Position numbers and translations under genes: made by a program. From Nitrosopumilaceae archaeon (GTDB lineage: Archaea > Thermoproteota > Nitrososphaeria > Nitrososphaerales > Nitrosopumilaceae), in contig OZ242365.1 of assembly GCA_965208905.1 (NCBI GenBank), positions 896,001 to 960,000 on the forward strand: a stretch of DNA of 64,000 nucleotides. The letters are read 5' to 3'. This document shows positions 51,258 through 61,213 of the stretch, one piece after another. The number at the start of each line of letters is the position of its first letter. The stretch's first letter is position 1. The notes under the pieces were generated by a model. That model did not search any database, was not told the origin of the DNA, and saw only the letters and a list, made by a program, of their open reading frames with translations.

Positions 51258-51464
51258 CGTCCGCTCTGAATAAACAAGAGCGTTCACACCGCCTGACCTT
51301 GTGCTGCCCAACACACCCGCAACCAGTATGCGCTTGTAATCCGATGATTCTTCAGACTCAATTACAGGCATACCGCTCACAGCGTGCTTTAATTATGGAT
51401 GCTTAATAAAGTCACCGTATATGGAATATCTGGTAGTTTTAGTCAAGATAGTGTGCCGTATAAT

Positions 51465-52604
51465 TTAGACCGCCTTCTCTAGACGAATGTGTATTTTCTT
51501 TGACTTTCCGTGTTGTATAATTCGTGTACCATACCCATGCTTCTGTAGGTATGCCTCTAGTATTAGTGCCCAAGATAGGGCATGACCGTTGTTATCTTTG
51601 GACTTTAAGTGTATGGTGCCATTACTTGGGTCTAATTTTGCTATACCATAACCCATTATCTTTAAAGTTGTTGAAGCTAACTCGACTAGATCATTGAGCG
51701 TTCGTGAATATATGGGAACACCACCAAACTCTAAGAGATCTGCCAATGCAGGGATCTTAGCTGCCATTGCAGCCTGCAATGAAACAGATAAGCTGGACTC
51801 TTTTAGTATGGATATGGCTGTATAGGCATCTTTGGACTCGGTACTGTTTAAATCTAATAGTTCATCTGCCTGTATGCTATTATCCCAGAGGTATTTGAAG
51901 AGCGCAGATAAATTATGCATTATACCATCTGCCATAGTTAACACCTCTCCGCCCCCAAATTGGTTCAGTATCAGTATGTTGCCACCATCGGCTACAACAT
52001 AGTTGTAATCATGTGTGATTGTACGAATCTGAGCACCACCCGGGAGTATGCCGTCCCCCTCGGCATTCGCCTCTATTAATGGAAGTATTATACGCACCAA
52101 AACCCCGCGACGATTTGCAGCAACTATCTGTTTACGACTCTCAGTTATATAGCTACGTTGACTTACTATCAGGTCGATACTATGACTTGCACCATCGATT
52201 ATTCTGTGCAACTCTGAGATTATGTTTCCTGTAGACAACTGTTGATATCTCCTCTCTTCAACTCCGCGGCTCTTCCGACATTCATCATTGACAGTCTTTA
52301 AACTGGACACCAGCGAGTTCATGGCATTGACACGGTTTATCTGATCTTGTATTGTAGAGTCAAAGGCTTCCTCCGGAGCCACTGCAGCACACATTATCGG
52401 CTTTGTATCTGATGTGGTGGCAAGATTCTTCTTGCGAAGTTTCTCTAATGTAGAGTACACCTTTGTGCGCGGAATCTCTGAATAATATGATAGCTCTGCT
52501 GCTGATACGGGCCCCTTTGATATCATTGTAAAATATGCCCGGGCCTCATACTGACTAAGGCCGAACTCTTCTAGACTAACCGTCAATGATTTATCCATAC
52601 TCAT
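51465..52604 (-). CDS. TrmB family transcriptional regulator
   Basis: FGLSQYEARAY..SEIPRTKVY HTH. Confidence 0.9.
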   Translation of the reverse strand: MSMDKSLTVSLEEFGLSQYEARAYFTMISKGPVSAAELSYYSEIPRTKVYSTLEKLRKKNLATTSDTKPIMCAAVAPEEAFDSTIQDQINRVNAMNSLVSSLKTVNDECRKSRGVEERRYQQLSTGNIISELHRIIDGASHSIDLIVSQRSYITESRKQIVAANRRGVLVRIILPLIEANAEGDGILPGGAQIRTITHDYNYVVADGGNILILNQFGGGEVLTMADGIMHNLSALFKYLWDNSIQADELLDLNSTESKDAYTAISILKESSLSVSLQAAMAAKIPALADLLEFGGVPIYSRTLNDLVELASTTLKIMGYGIAKLDPSNGTIHLKSKDNNGHALSWALILEAYLQKHGYGTRIIQHGKSKKIHIRLEKAV

Positions 52605-52759
52605 TATTCACTTCACCACAAAGATAACTGTTAAACCACAACAGCTAAATTTCTTAACATATAGCTCAAATTGCTTGTACCAAACCACACTGTCACCATG
52701 GTTAATGATTGCGCAGTTACTCTGTTTTGATATATGTTGTATTGTACAATTATGTATAA

Positions 52760-53239
52760 TTGAGCGTTATACAACAAGTTGCACTAGCACCACGACTGAA
52801 CTACTCTAAGCAACTATTACGTGATGTCATGGATACACTACAGAGGTGTGGTATTGATGCAGAGAAGGATGATGATACAAAATACTCTCTGATAAAGCGC
52901 CAGTACACCATAATGTTTTGTATGGAGGCCCTCGCCAAGGTTAGACAAGCTTTAGAGAGCATTCGTGGCATGGACCAAATACCAAACAATGTGCCACCAA
53001 CCATTGGTGTATTACGGGCAGTGGGAGTCCAGCTCTCCTCTGAGTTTCCCCATTGTAATAATACGCTGTGTGAGCTGGCAGTGCACTTGGGAAGTGTATC
53101 TATGGATTCTGCACTATTGAGACGTATTGACATAAAGTATTCGGGAACTAGATCTGAAGATATGATAAAGAAGTCTCGTATGATGGCAGAGAAGAAGATT
53201 AGAAAGTTATATCCTAACTTTACCACAATACCACAATGA
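52760..53239 (+). CDS. helical hypothetical protein upstream of cdvC
   Basis: Operon with the Vps4-like ATPase; helical composition. Confidence 0.65.
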   Translation: MSVIQQVALAPRLNYSKQLLRDVMDTLQRCGIDAEKDDDTKYSLIKRQYTIMFCMEALAKVRQALESIRGMDQIPNNVPPTIGVLRAVGVQLSSEFPHCNNTLCELAVHLGSVSMDSALLRRIDIKYSGTRSEDMIKKSRMMAEKKIRKLYPNFTTIPQ

Positions 53240-53673
53240 CACAATTTACAGACTTACGTACTGATGCTGAGCGGATACGCCAACTTCGATTGACAATAAA
53301 CTCGTTGAACATAAACCCTTCTGTCATAAGAAAGATGTCTCACACTGAACTAGACGACGTATCTGATGTACTGCTTCATTTAGAATCACTACTGCTAAAG
53401 TATCAGAGTCAAAGAGAGATGCTGCACCTTCTAGAGAGTTTAGGTGATATAATGCATGAGGCTGCTGACGGTATAGTATCTGTCAATACTGAATTAAATG
53501 ATATAATGGTGAACAATGAGATATCATGCAAGCGCATACAAGAAGTACAGCTCTCCATATGCGGCGAATCAATAAAAAACATTCTTGATGAGAAAAGTTC
53601 AAAAAACTTTACCAAAAGTGAAAAGAAAGTTGACAATGTAAATTATAACCTACAAGATATAACAGAATGGTAA
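53236..53673 (+). CDS. helical hypothetical protein
   Basis: ATGA overlap with upstream ORF; abuts cdvC. Confidence 0.6.
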   Translation: MTQFTDLRTDAERIRQLRLTINSLNINPSVIRKMSHTELDDVSDVLLHLESLLLKYQSQREMLHLLESLGDIMHEAADGIVSVNTELNDIMVNNEISCKRIQEVQLSICGESIKNILDEKSSKNFTKSEKKVDNVNYNLQDITEW

Positions 53674-54866
53674 TGAGCACTGTTCCTCAAGAATTAGAGA
53701 ATAATGCTAGTAGATATGCCTCTGATGCTATACGATTTGACTCTCAGGGTGCTAGAGGAATGGCAGTCGCCAACTACCAAAAAGCCATAGCATCACTGGC
53801 AAAATTGATAGAGTTGTATCCTGGCAGTAAGCTGAATCCAATATACAAAGATAGGTGCCAGTCATACTACAATAGAATCACACTACTCCAAAACAACAGA
53901 AAACTCGAACCGGCTGTGGACCCCGGCTCTAGTGCGCAGGATCAAAGAACATCTATACAGCGGCAAGAAGAAGCGAATAACTTTGAAGAGCTGATAATGC
54001 ACGAAAAGCCCAACATTACTTGGGCCGAGGTGATTGGACTTGAAGATGCCAAGAGTGCCCTACGTGAATCTATAATATATCCGACCAAAAGACCGGATCT
54101 ATTTCCACTAGGTTGGCCGAAAGGAATGTTGTTGTATGGCCCACCTGGAACTGGCAAGACCATGCTAGCTGCCGCCACCGCCAGTGAGATGGATGGATAC
54201 TTCATAAACGTAGATGCCTCGGCTATGATGAGTAAGTGGCTTGGTGAGGCTGAGAAGAATGTCTCAAAGATATTCAGAATAGCTCGTAAACACGCTGAAC
54301 AGGAGAATAAACCTGTGATATTGTTTGTCGATGAGGTGGACTCTCTTTTGGGTTCTCGAAGCAGTGAAGTGGGCGGTGAGGTGCGCACAAAGAACCAGTT
54401 TCTAACTGAGATGGATGGTGTAAATGGTAAAGGCCACGACCTAATGCTGTACGTTATAGGCGCCACCAACAAGCCTTGGACATTGGATTGGCCATTCTTG
54501 CGACGATTCCAAAAGAGAATATACGTGGCTCTACCAGACTTGCAAGCACGAGTATCTCTGTTTAGGCAATATACAGAAGACTTGCATACGGACTCTTCCA
54601 TTCGCCCTGAGGAACTATCTCGTCTCTTTGATGGGTATAGCGCTAGTGATATACGTGATGTATGTCAGGGCGCCCAGCTAAAGACTGTGCATGAACTATT
54701 CGAGTCACCTGATTATAGGGATCCTGTGGAGGGTGAAGATCTACAGAAGCCCCGGAATTTGACTCTTGATGACTTTCATCAAATAGCATCCCGCCGCAAA
54801 CCTAGTGTCTCTCAAGAGATGGTCATGGCGCATCATCGATGGAGCGAGGAGTTCCGCGCCCTGTAG
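53667..54866 (+). CDS. cdvC: Vps4/CdvC AAA+ ATPase with MIT domain
   Basis: N-terminal MIT-like helices, GPPGTGKT, SKWLGEAEK, DEVD, RRFQKR. Confidence 0.9.
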   Translation: MVMSTVPQELENNASRYASDAIRFDSQGARGMAVANYQKAIASLAKLIELYPGSKLNPIYKDRCQSYYNRITLLQNNRKLEPAVDPGSSAQDQRTSIQRQEEANNFEELIMHEKPNITWAEVIGLEDAKSALRESIIYPTKRPDLFPLGWPKGMLLYGPPGTGKTMLAAATASEMDGYFINVDASAMMSKWLGEAEKNVSKIFRIARKHAEQENKPVILFVDEVDSLLGSRSSEVGGEVRTKNQFLTEMDGVNGKGHDLMLYVIGATNKPWTLDWPFLRRFQKRIYVALPDLQARVSLFRQYTEDLHTDSSIRPEELSRLFDGYSASDIRDVCQGAQLKTVHELFESPDYRDPVEGEDLQKPRNLTLDDFHQIASRRKPSVSQEMVMAHHRWSEEFRAL

Positions 54867-54881
54867 CTGCAAAAAGATTCT

Positions 54882-55937
54882 TCTGTTGTACAAAAATTAG
54901 GTTCGACTAAGTTCTGGTTGCAAGCAAAGGAATACTTCACGCTTTATCGATCACGAAAAAAGATGAAAATGACAAAGTTGACGGATAAACAGATACGATA
55001 CGCCATAAGGGAACGTGGTAAGGGTAAGACGCTTGTTGACATAGCAGACGATATAGGTGTAACACCACAACATGTAGGACGACTATGTGCAGAGTTTACA
55101 AGAACAGGACAGATACACGTGCAACAAAAGCCAGGCCGGCCAGTCCACCCACCACCGTCGGCAGAGGAGGTCCGAACCGTGTTGAACAAACATGCAGAGG
55201 AAGATGTAGGCATCATACGAACAGCAAGGAGGGTCAGAAAAGACAATCCGAATATAAGCTATGCCACCATATATCGCATAATGAAAGAACATGGACTAGT
55301 CACATCATCTGTAGCAAAATCCAAAAAAAGAAAATACGTTAGGTATGAGCGCAAATATTCCAATGCCATGTGGCATGTTGACTGGCATATAATGAAGGAT
55401 CAACGCTTTGCAGGGCTCAACCTAGTCACATTTCTAGATGATTCATCAAGGTGTATAACGGGTGCTGCCCTATTCAAGGAAGCCACCTCAGAAAACGTAG
55501 TAGATGTGCTGCGACAAGCAATAGCGAGATTTGGTACACCGGCCACTATCCTCTCAGATAATGGTAGGTGTTTTAACGGGGGAAGAAGGCATGACGATTC
55601 ACCTAAGGGCAAATGGAAGCCTACTGCGTTTGAGGCCGAGTTGTTAGACCGTGGAATCGAGATGATAAACTCACGACCGTATCATCCGCAGACAAACGGC
55701 AAACTGGAACGCTTTCACGGTAGTATAGAGACAGAGATACATCATTATGATAGTCTATCTTCCTATATAGAGTACTATAATGAGCGCAGACTTCACTTTT
55801 CGTTGGATATTGACAACTACGAGACACCACTACAGGCATTTTCTGTCAGAAAGGCCACAAAAGCGATCAGAGAAAAGGACCCAAAATGGATGGAGAGAGA
55901 TACCGATGATTAACGAACATAATTTTCATATAAAACA
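54882..55937 (+). mobile_element. IS481-family insertion sequence, 15-bp TSD
   Basis: CTGCAAAAAGATTCT at 54867-54881 and 55938-55952; imperfect 24-bp TIRs. Confidence 0.88.
54963..55913 (+). CDS. IS481-family transposase (HTH plus rve)
   Basis: WHVDW, LDDSSR, LSDNG, PYHPQTNGKLERF, YNERRLH.SL. Confidence 0.92.
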   Translation: MKMTKLTDKQIRYAIRERGKGKTLVDIADDIGVTPQHVGRLCAEFTRTGQIHVQQKPGRPVHPPPSAEEVRTVLNKHAEEDVGIIRTARRVRKDNPNISYATIYRIMKEHGLVTSSVAKSKKRKYVRYERKYSNAMWHVDWHIMKDQRFAGLNLVTFLDDSSRCITGAALFKEATSENVVDVLRQAIARFGTPATILSDNGRCFNGGRRHDDSPKGKWKPTAFEAELLDRGIEMINSRPYHPQTNGKLERFHGSIETEIHHYDSLSSYIEYYNERRLHFSLDIDNYETPLQAFSVRKATKAIREKDPKWMERDTDD

Positions 55938-55989
55938 CTGCAAAAAGATTCTGCAAAGACTTTTAAATATACATTGCATTGATTTCCTA

Positions 55990-57294
55990 ATGAATAAATT
56001 TACTTTACCAGTAATTGTAGCTGGACTGGCAATTATGTTCGTATCGACTCCTACTGTTCTAGCACAGGAGATGATGAGCAATGAGATGCCAAGCTTTATT
56101 CTTACAATTGCATGTACTGTATATGGTGACACCACAGATGATATTATATCGTTGGTCTTTGGCCTTGATGGCTCAGACTGTACTATATCGACTGAGCATG
56201 TGGAGGTTTTGGAACATGATCCGCCAACAATAGTAACTATGGTTGAGGGGTCACTACTCCCTGACTGTCAAGTTACTGATGACTGCTTTGACCCCAATAC
56301 TGTCACAATAAGTCCGGGCGATACAGTTGCGTGGGTTAATGAAGACTCTCTAATTCACACAGTCACCGCTCTTAATCCACATCCTGATGGTGTACTGGAC
56401 AGCTTTGTCAATCCAGGAGATCAGTTTGAGTTTACATTTGATACTCCCGGAGAGTATCCCTACCACTGTGTTCTTCACCCATGGGCTGTTGGAAAAGTAA
56501 TTGTGGAATCTTCTGAATCAATTGATGGTGAAAACCGTCATGCAGAGGTAATGGATGAAATAATTGCGCAGTATGATGTCCGCGGCGATGCCATACTCAA
56601 GTATATCAATGAGTCTGTAGGCTCATTATACACAGATGTTTCGGTATTTGTTGTAGACAAAGAGAGTCTGACTCTTGTGGCTCATAGTACTGCTCCTCAA
56701 TATATCGGCATAGATGCAAATGCGGTGCTTAATCAAGCTGCAATTCCTGCAGAATATTTAATTGAACTATTACAGACACAAACTGATGGTGTCTGGATTA
56801 GCTATCCGGTACCGGATCCAACCGACCCAACCAATGTACTGTTCTATGATCGTGGCTGGTTCAAATCCTCTGGCGACTACTACTTTGCCGTAAGAACCTC
56901 ATTAACTAATGAATCCACTGTTCAAAATGTAGTTAATGAACTTGTTCGAGTGCATGCACTGTATCCAGCTGATACAATAAACAATATCAACACGCGTACG
57001 ACAGGGGATCCTAATTACCCGTTCATTCTGAGCCCTGCAGATTATACAGTTCTGGCACATGGTGCAAACCCTGATAGAGTGGGCGCAACTTCCATTGCCC
57101 TAACTGATGCCGACCGACCTGTTGACGAGATTATCGCTGATCTGCAAAACAATGATGGTACGTGGGTAGAATACACATTTGCACATCCCACTACTGGTAT
57201 GGATCAGAGTAAGCGCACATGGCTTGTATTGTATGACGACCTCATATTCGGTGCAGGCTATTACATAGATGATAACTCTATGACATCTCCATAG
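55990..57294 (+). CDS. secreted cupredoxin fused to two Cache-like domains
   Basis: Signal peptide; HTVT / YHCVLHPWA; then VAHS..W.SY and LAHG.NPDRVG..WVEYTF..P..KRTW..FGAGYY. Confidence 0.8.
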   Translation: MNKFTLPVIVAGLAIMFVSTPTVLAQEMMSNEMPSFILTIACTVYGDTTDDIISLVFGLDGSDCTISTEHVEVLEHDPPTIVTMVEGSLLPDCQVTDDCFDPNTVTISPGDTVAWVNEDSLIHTVTALNPHPDGVLDSFVNPGDQFEFTFDTPGEYPYHCVLHPWAVGKVIVESSESIDGENRHAEVMDEIIAQYDVRGDAILKYINESVGSLYTDVSVFVVDKESLTLVAHSTAPQYIGIDANAVLNQAAIPAEYLIELLQTQTDGVWISYPVPDPTDPTNVLFYDRGWFKSSGDYYFAVRTSLTNESTVQNVVNELVRVHALYPADTINNINTRTTGDPNYPFILSPADYTVLAHGANPDRVGATSIALTDADRPVDEIIADLQNNDGTWVEYTFAHPTTGMDQSKRTWLVLYDDLIFGAGYYIDDNSMTSP

Positions 57295-57340
57295 TGCATA
57301 AAAATATAGATTTTTATTAATTTTAACCGGTATTCCAGAT

Positions 57341-59008
57341 ATGGATTCTAGATATAGTATCATTCGACGCAACACACTAAAGGCTCGAGCATTAGTCATC
57401 AGGGCTACTGCCGCGGCCGGCTCTGGACATCCGGGTGGCTCGTTCTCCATGGCTGAGATACTAGGTTGCCTATTCTACAAACATATGACATATGATACTA
57501 ACAATCCACTCTGGAAAGATAGGGACAGACTGGTATTATCCAAGGGTCATGCAGCACCTGGACTCTTCTCCCATTTGGCCATATCTGGATTTATACAGGA
57601 GTCTGAAGTAGAGACGCTCCGCTCCTTGGGTAGCAGACTACAAGGACACCCTGATATGAAATGTCCTGGTGTGGAATTTTGTGGGGGTTCATTAGGTACT
57701 GGCCTGTCATATTCAGTAGGTATGGCACTTGCTGCGCGCCTAGATGGATTGAGCAGTCGCATATATACTGTGGTTGGCGATGGAGAGTCCAACGAGGGGC
57801 AGATATGGGAGGCGACCATGACCGCAGCAAAGTTCAAACTGGATAACCTAACGGTAATCTTAGATAGAAACTACGTCCAGCAAGACTCGTATACGGAAGG
57901 AGTTATGCCACTTGATGCCGCGACTAAAAGTTCTGACCCTGTTGCGGCCAGAGGAGATCCCACTGCGTGGCGAACCTCTGATAAATGGCGCGCCTTTGGC
58001 TGGCATGTGATAGAGGTTGATGGCCACCGTATAGAGCAGATAGACTCTGCCATCACTGAATCCAAAAGGATATCTGGGAAGCCCACCATAATAATATCTA
58101 GAACCGTAAAAGGCAAGGGCGTGCAACACATGGAGGATAACCCCAAATGGCATGGCAAAGCGCCCTCCAAATCAATGGTTCCAATAATACTTGATGAATT
58201 AAAGTCCCAGAGTTTGGTGGCACCATCAATTATTGCTGGTGATATGACTCGCCTGGACTTGGAGGTAAAACGTTGTGATGAGGCTGGTTCTGATTACATA
58301 CATATGGATGTGATGGATGGTGCCTTTGTTCCTGTCGTTACCTTTGATCATGAAAAACTAAAAGAACTCCGTCCTTTAACTGATATACCCTTTGACTCAC
58401 ATCTAATGATATCTGAACCTGTAAAACATGTAAAGAGGTACGCTGAAGCCGGCAGTGACATAATAACTGTCCATGCTGAAGCATGTAATGTATCGGAGTT
58501 TGGTGAGATACACGACTATCTGAGGAGTGTTGGTGTTGGTGTGGGCATAGCAATAAACCCCAAAACGTCTCTGCCTGTATGGCTAAAAGAGTTTGTACCC
58601 ACACTAGACCAAGTTATAGTGATGTCTGTGGTTCCCGGATATTCGGGTCAGAGTTACATACCTGAATCACACAAAAAGACCCGAGACGTAATTCAATCAC
58701 TAAATAAGATGGGCTTTAATGGTGTAGTGGAGGCTGATGGTGGCGTAAATGTATCAAATGTCGCAGACTGCTTTGATGATGGCGCCCGCGTCTTTGTGGG
58801 TGGCAGCTCCATGGTGGGGCAACCTGATATGAGACGAGCAATTGATGATATCAAAAATAGTATATCATACGCTCGCCGTAGAATGTTGTTACACAGGGCG
58901 CACATACTGGGAGGTTCTGATATGGTAAATAATTGGATTGCACTACATGAAGTTGGAGAGCAGCATAATGTATTGCATCAGATTGCGCAGGAGTGTGGTG
59001 TATTGTGA
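57341..59008 (+). CDS. transketolase N-terminal subunit fused to ribulose-phosphate 3-epimerase
   Basis: SGHPGGS, GDGE..EG; then APSI, HMDVMDG.FVP, DSHLM, EADGG. Confidence 0.93.
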   Translation: MDSRYSIIRRNTLKARALVIRATAAAGSGHPGGSFSMAEILGCLFYKHMTYDTNNPLWKDRDRLVLSKGHAAPGLFSHLAISGFIQESEVETLRSLGSRLQGHPDMKCPGVEFCGGSLGTGLSYSVGMALAARLDGLSSRIYTVVGDGESNEGQIWEATMTAAKFKLDNLTVILDRNYVQQDSYTEGVMPLDAATKSSDPVAARGDPTAWRTSDKWRAFGWHVIEVDGHRIEQIDSAITESKRISGKPTIIISRTVKGKGVQHMEDNPKWHGKAPSKSMVPIILDELKSQSLVAPSIIAGDMTRLDLEVKRCDEAGSDYIHMDVMDGAFVPVVTFDHEKLKELRPLTDIPFDSHLMISEPVKHVKRYAEAGSDIITVHAEACNVSEFGEIHDYLRSVGVGVGIAINPKTSLPVWLKEFVPTLDQVIVMSVVPGYSGQSYIPESHKKTRDVIQSLNKMGFNGVVEADGGVNVSNVADCFDDGARVFVGGSSMVGQPDMRRAIDDIKNSISYARRRMLLHRAHILGGSDMVNNWIALHEVGEQHNVLHQIAQECGVL

Positions 59009-59958
59009 CGCCAGATATGCGCACCGAGTATGGCCGGGCATTACTTGAGATAGGGCGGGACAATGATGATGTGGTCGTACTAGGTGCGGATACCACCGAC
59101 TCTTTAAAGACTGCCGGCTTTGGCCGCGAATTTCCTGATAGATTGTTCAACGTGGGAATTGCCGAAGGAAATATGGTGTCCATGGCTGCCGGATTGGCAT
59201 ACTCGGGCAAGATACCGTTTGCCAGCACATATGCGATATTTCTTCCTGGTCGCGCAGTTGATCAAATTCGCAATAATGTGGCATATCCCACAAGAGATGA
59301 CAGACGAGGTCTCAATGTGAAACTTGTAGCATCCCATGGTGGCCTCTCGGTTGGAGCCGATGGTGGCTCACACCAACAACTTGAGGATATTGCCATAATG
59401 CGCGCCATCCCCAACTTTACAGTACTAGTCCCGGCCGACTCTGCATCGGTATACTCCCTAACACATACCATGGCCAAAGTATATGGTCCATTTTACATGC
59501 GAATGGCCCGCTCAAAGACCACCATGGTATATGATGACAACTGTGATATACTTCCCGGAAAGGCTACAATTCTGCGAGATGGCTCAGACTGTACCATTGC
59601 TGCATGTGGCATCACAGTTGCTATGGCTCTAGAGGCTGCATCCACACTACATAAAGAAGGCATAAGCTGTCAGGTCTTGGATGTATTCTCGATAAAACCC
59701 ATTGATGATATCACACTTGAGAAGGCCGCACGTCATACCGGACGTATACTGACATGTGAAGAACACAATATAATTGGCGGCATGGGCTCTGCAGTGGCAG
59801 AGTCGGTCTCATCATCGTATCCTGTTATAGTGAGGCGAGTGGGAGTGAACGATACATTTGGTGAGTCTGCGCGTGATGCGCAGGTACCTGAGTTGTTGGC
59901 GCAGCATGGTCTGTCATCCATTAATATTACCAAGCAAGTCAGAGAACTTGTAAGATGA
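59005..59958 (+). CDS. transketolase C-terminal subunit
   Basis: GIAEGNM, DGGSHQ, EEHN..GGMG. Confidence 0.93.
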   Translation: MTPDMRTEYGRALLEIGRDNDDVVVLGADTTDSLKTAGFGREFPDRLFNVGIAEGNMVSMAAGLAYSGKIPFASTYAIFLPGRAVDQIRNNVAYPTRDDRRGLNVKLVASHGGLSVGADGGSHQQLEDIAIMRAIPNFTVLVPADSASVYSLTHTMAKVYGPFYMRMARSKTTMVYDDNCDILPGKATILRDGSDCTIAACGITVAMALEAASTLHKEGISCQVLDVFSIKPIDDITLEKAARHTGRILTCEEHNIIGGMGSAVAESVSSSYPVIVRRVGVNDTFGESARDAQVPELLAQHGLSSINITKQVRELVR

Positions 59959-60608
59959 AGATCTTTCTAGACACCGCAAATATAGATGAGATTCGTCGCT
60001 TCAATGACATGGGTCTGCTTGATGGTATAACCACCAATCCCTCACTGCTGTTTCGTGAGGGGCAAGACCCAGACAGTGTTATGAGGCAGATAACATCCAT
60101 GATAGATGGTGATGTTAGTCTAGAGGTTGTATCCACCAAGTATGAAGAGATGGTTCAGGAAGGCCTGAATCTATACAGGACAGGTGATAATGTGGTGGTA
60201 AAGGTTCCCATGACTCCTGATGGCCTTCATGCATGTCAAACACTCTCATCTAGAAATATACCTGTTAATGTTACACTGATATTCTCTGCCAATCAGGCAG
60301 TGTTGGCTGCCAAATCTGGAGCCAAGTATGTCTCTCCCTTTATAGGCAGGCTAGATGATATAGGTCATGACGGTATGGATTTAATTCGTACAATACTGGA
60401 GATATTCCGACATTACGACTTTGACACACAGGTGCTAGTTGCCAGTGTCCGGCACCCATTACATGTAGTTGAGGCAGCTCGCTTGGGGGCTCATGTAGTT
60501 ACACTGCCACCAAACGTGCTAGACAAGATGATCAAGCACCCATTAACTGATATTGGTTTGGACAGCTTTTTGTCTGATTGGAGACTCTTACAAGAGTCAC
60601 AAAAGTGA
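59955..60608 (+). CDS. tal: transaldolase (FSA-like)
   Basis: FLDTA, TTNPSL, VVKVP, SPFIGRLDD. Confidence 0.95.
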   Translation: MKIFLDTANIDEIRRFNDMGLLDGITTNPSLLFREGQDPDSVMRQITSMIDGDVSLEVVSTKYEEMVQEGLNLYRTGDNVVVKVPMTPDGLHACQTLSSRNIPVNVTLIFSANQAVLAAKSGAKYVSPFIGRLDDIGHDGMDLIRTILEIFRHYDFDTQVLVASVRHPLHVVEAARLGAHVVTLPPNVLDKMIKHPLTDIGLDSFLSDWRLLQESQK

Positions 60609-61213
60609 TTATCGATAACTTGTGTAATTGTACATGTCGTGTATGGCGGCATTGTTGCAAATCCGACTGATACAGCAAAGTAGGTATATCTCAGACTAAA
60701 TTTTATCTAAACCATGATATTTTGTTAAAGTCATCGATTCCATATGCCATGATAGTCTGCAAATTAAAGTCTCCACTTGTACATATACATAGTTGACACA
60801 TTTGCTCTAAACCACATGAGTCATTATTTCCTTTCACGCAGCTGTAGCTTCAATAACGTCAAAATTTTGTCGTTGCCCTCTATGAATATTCCTGACATTT
60901 CAGTTGGGGTCTTGCCGTTAAGTCTTATATATGATCTGAAAAAGTTATGAGCAAGTATACCCATCTGTATAATTGCCGGATTATTTGTCTTCAAGCTGCC
61001 CTGCTTGCAAATCAGGGGCTTTATGGTCCTGATGATGCTTTCCTGAATATTGTTATGATTAAATTCATTTCGGATATGTATCTCGTATAGTACACTAGAC
61101 GGCGCCCTGCTCTACACTTGAACGTCTTTTTGACGGGCTTGCAAAAGTCATGCAGACCGTCCGTGATAAAGACCCTGAGAACTACCTCCGCTTACTACCT
61201 CCTGGAACATATA

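Noticed and set aside
55780-55989. N-terminal extension of the 504-aa ORF
   Set aside because: It lies within IS481 and its flank; the signal peptide starts at ATG 55990.
57341-59008. Transketolase-N/RPE fusion as a novelty
   Set aside because: To my knowledge this fusion is the usual arrangement in Nitrosopumilus-like genomes.
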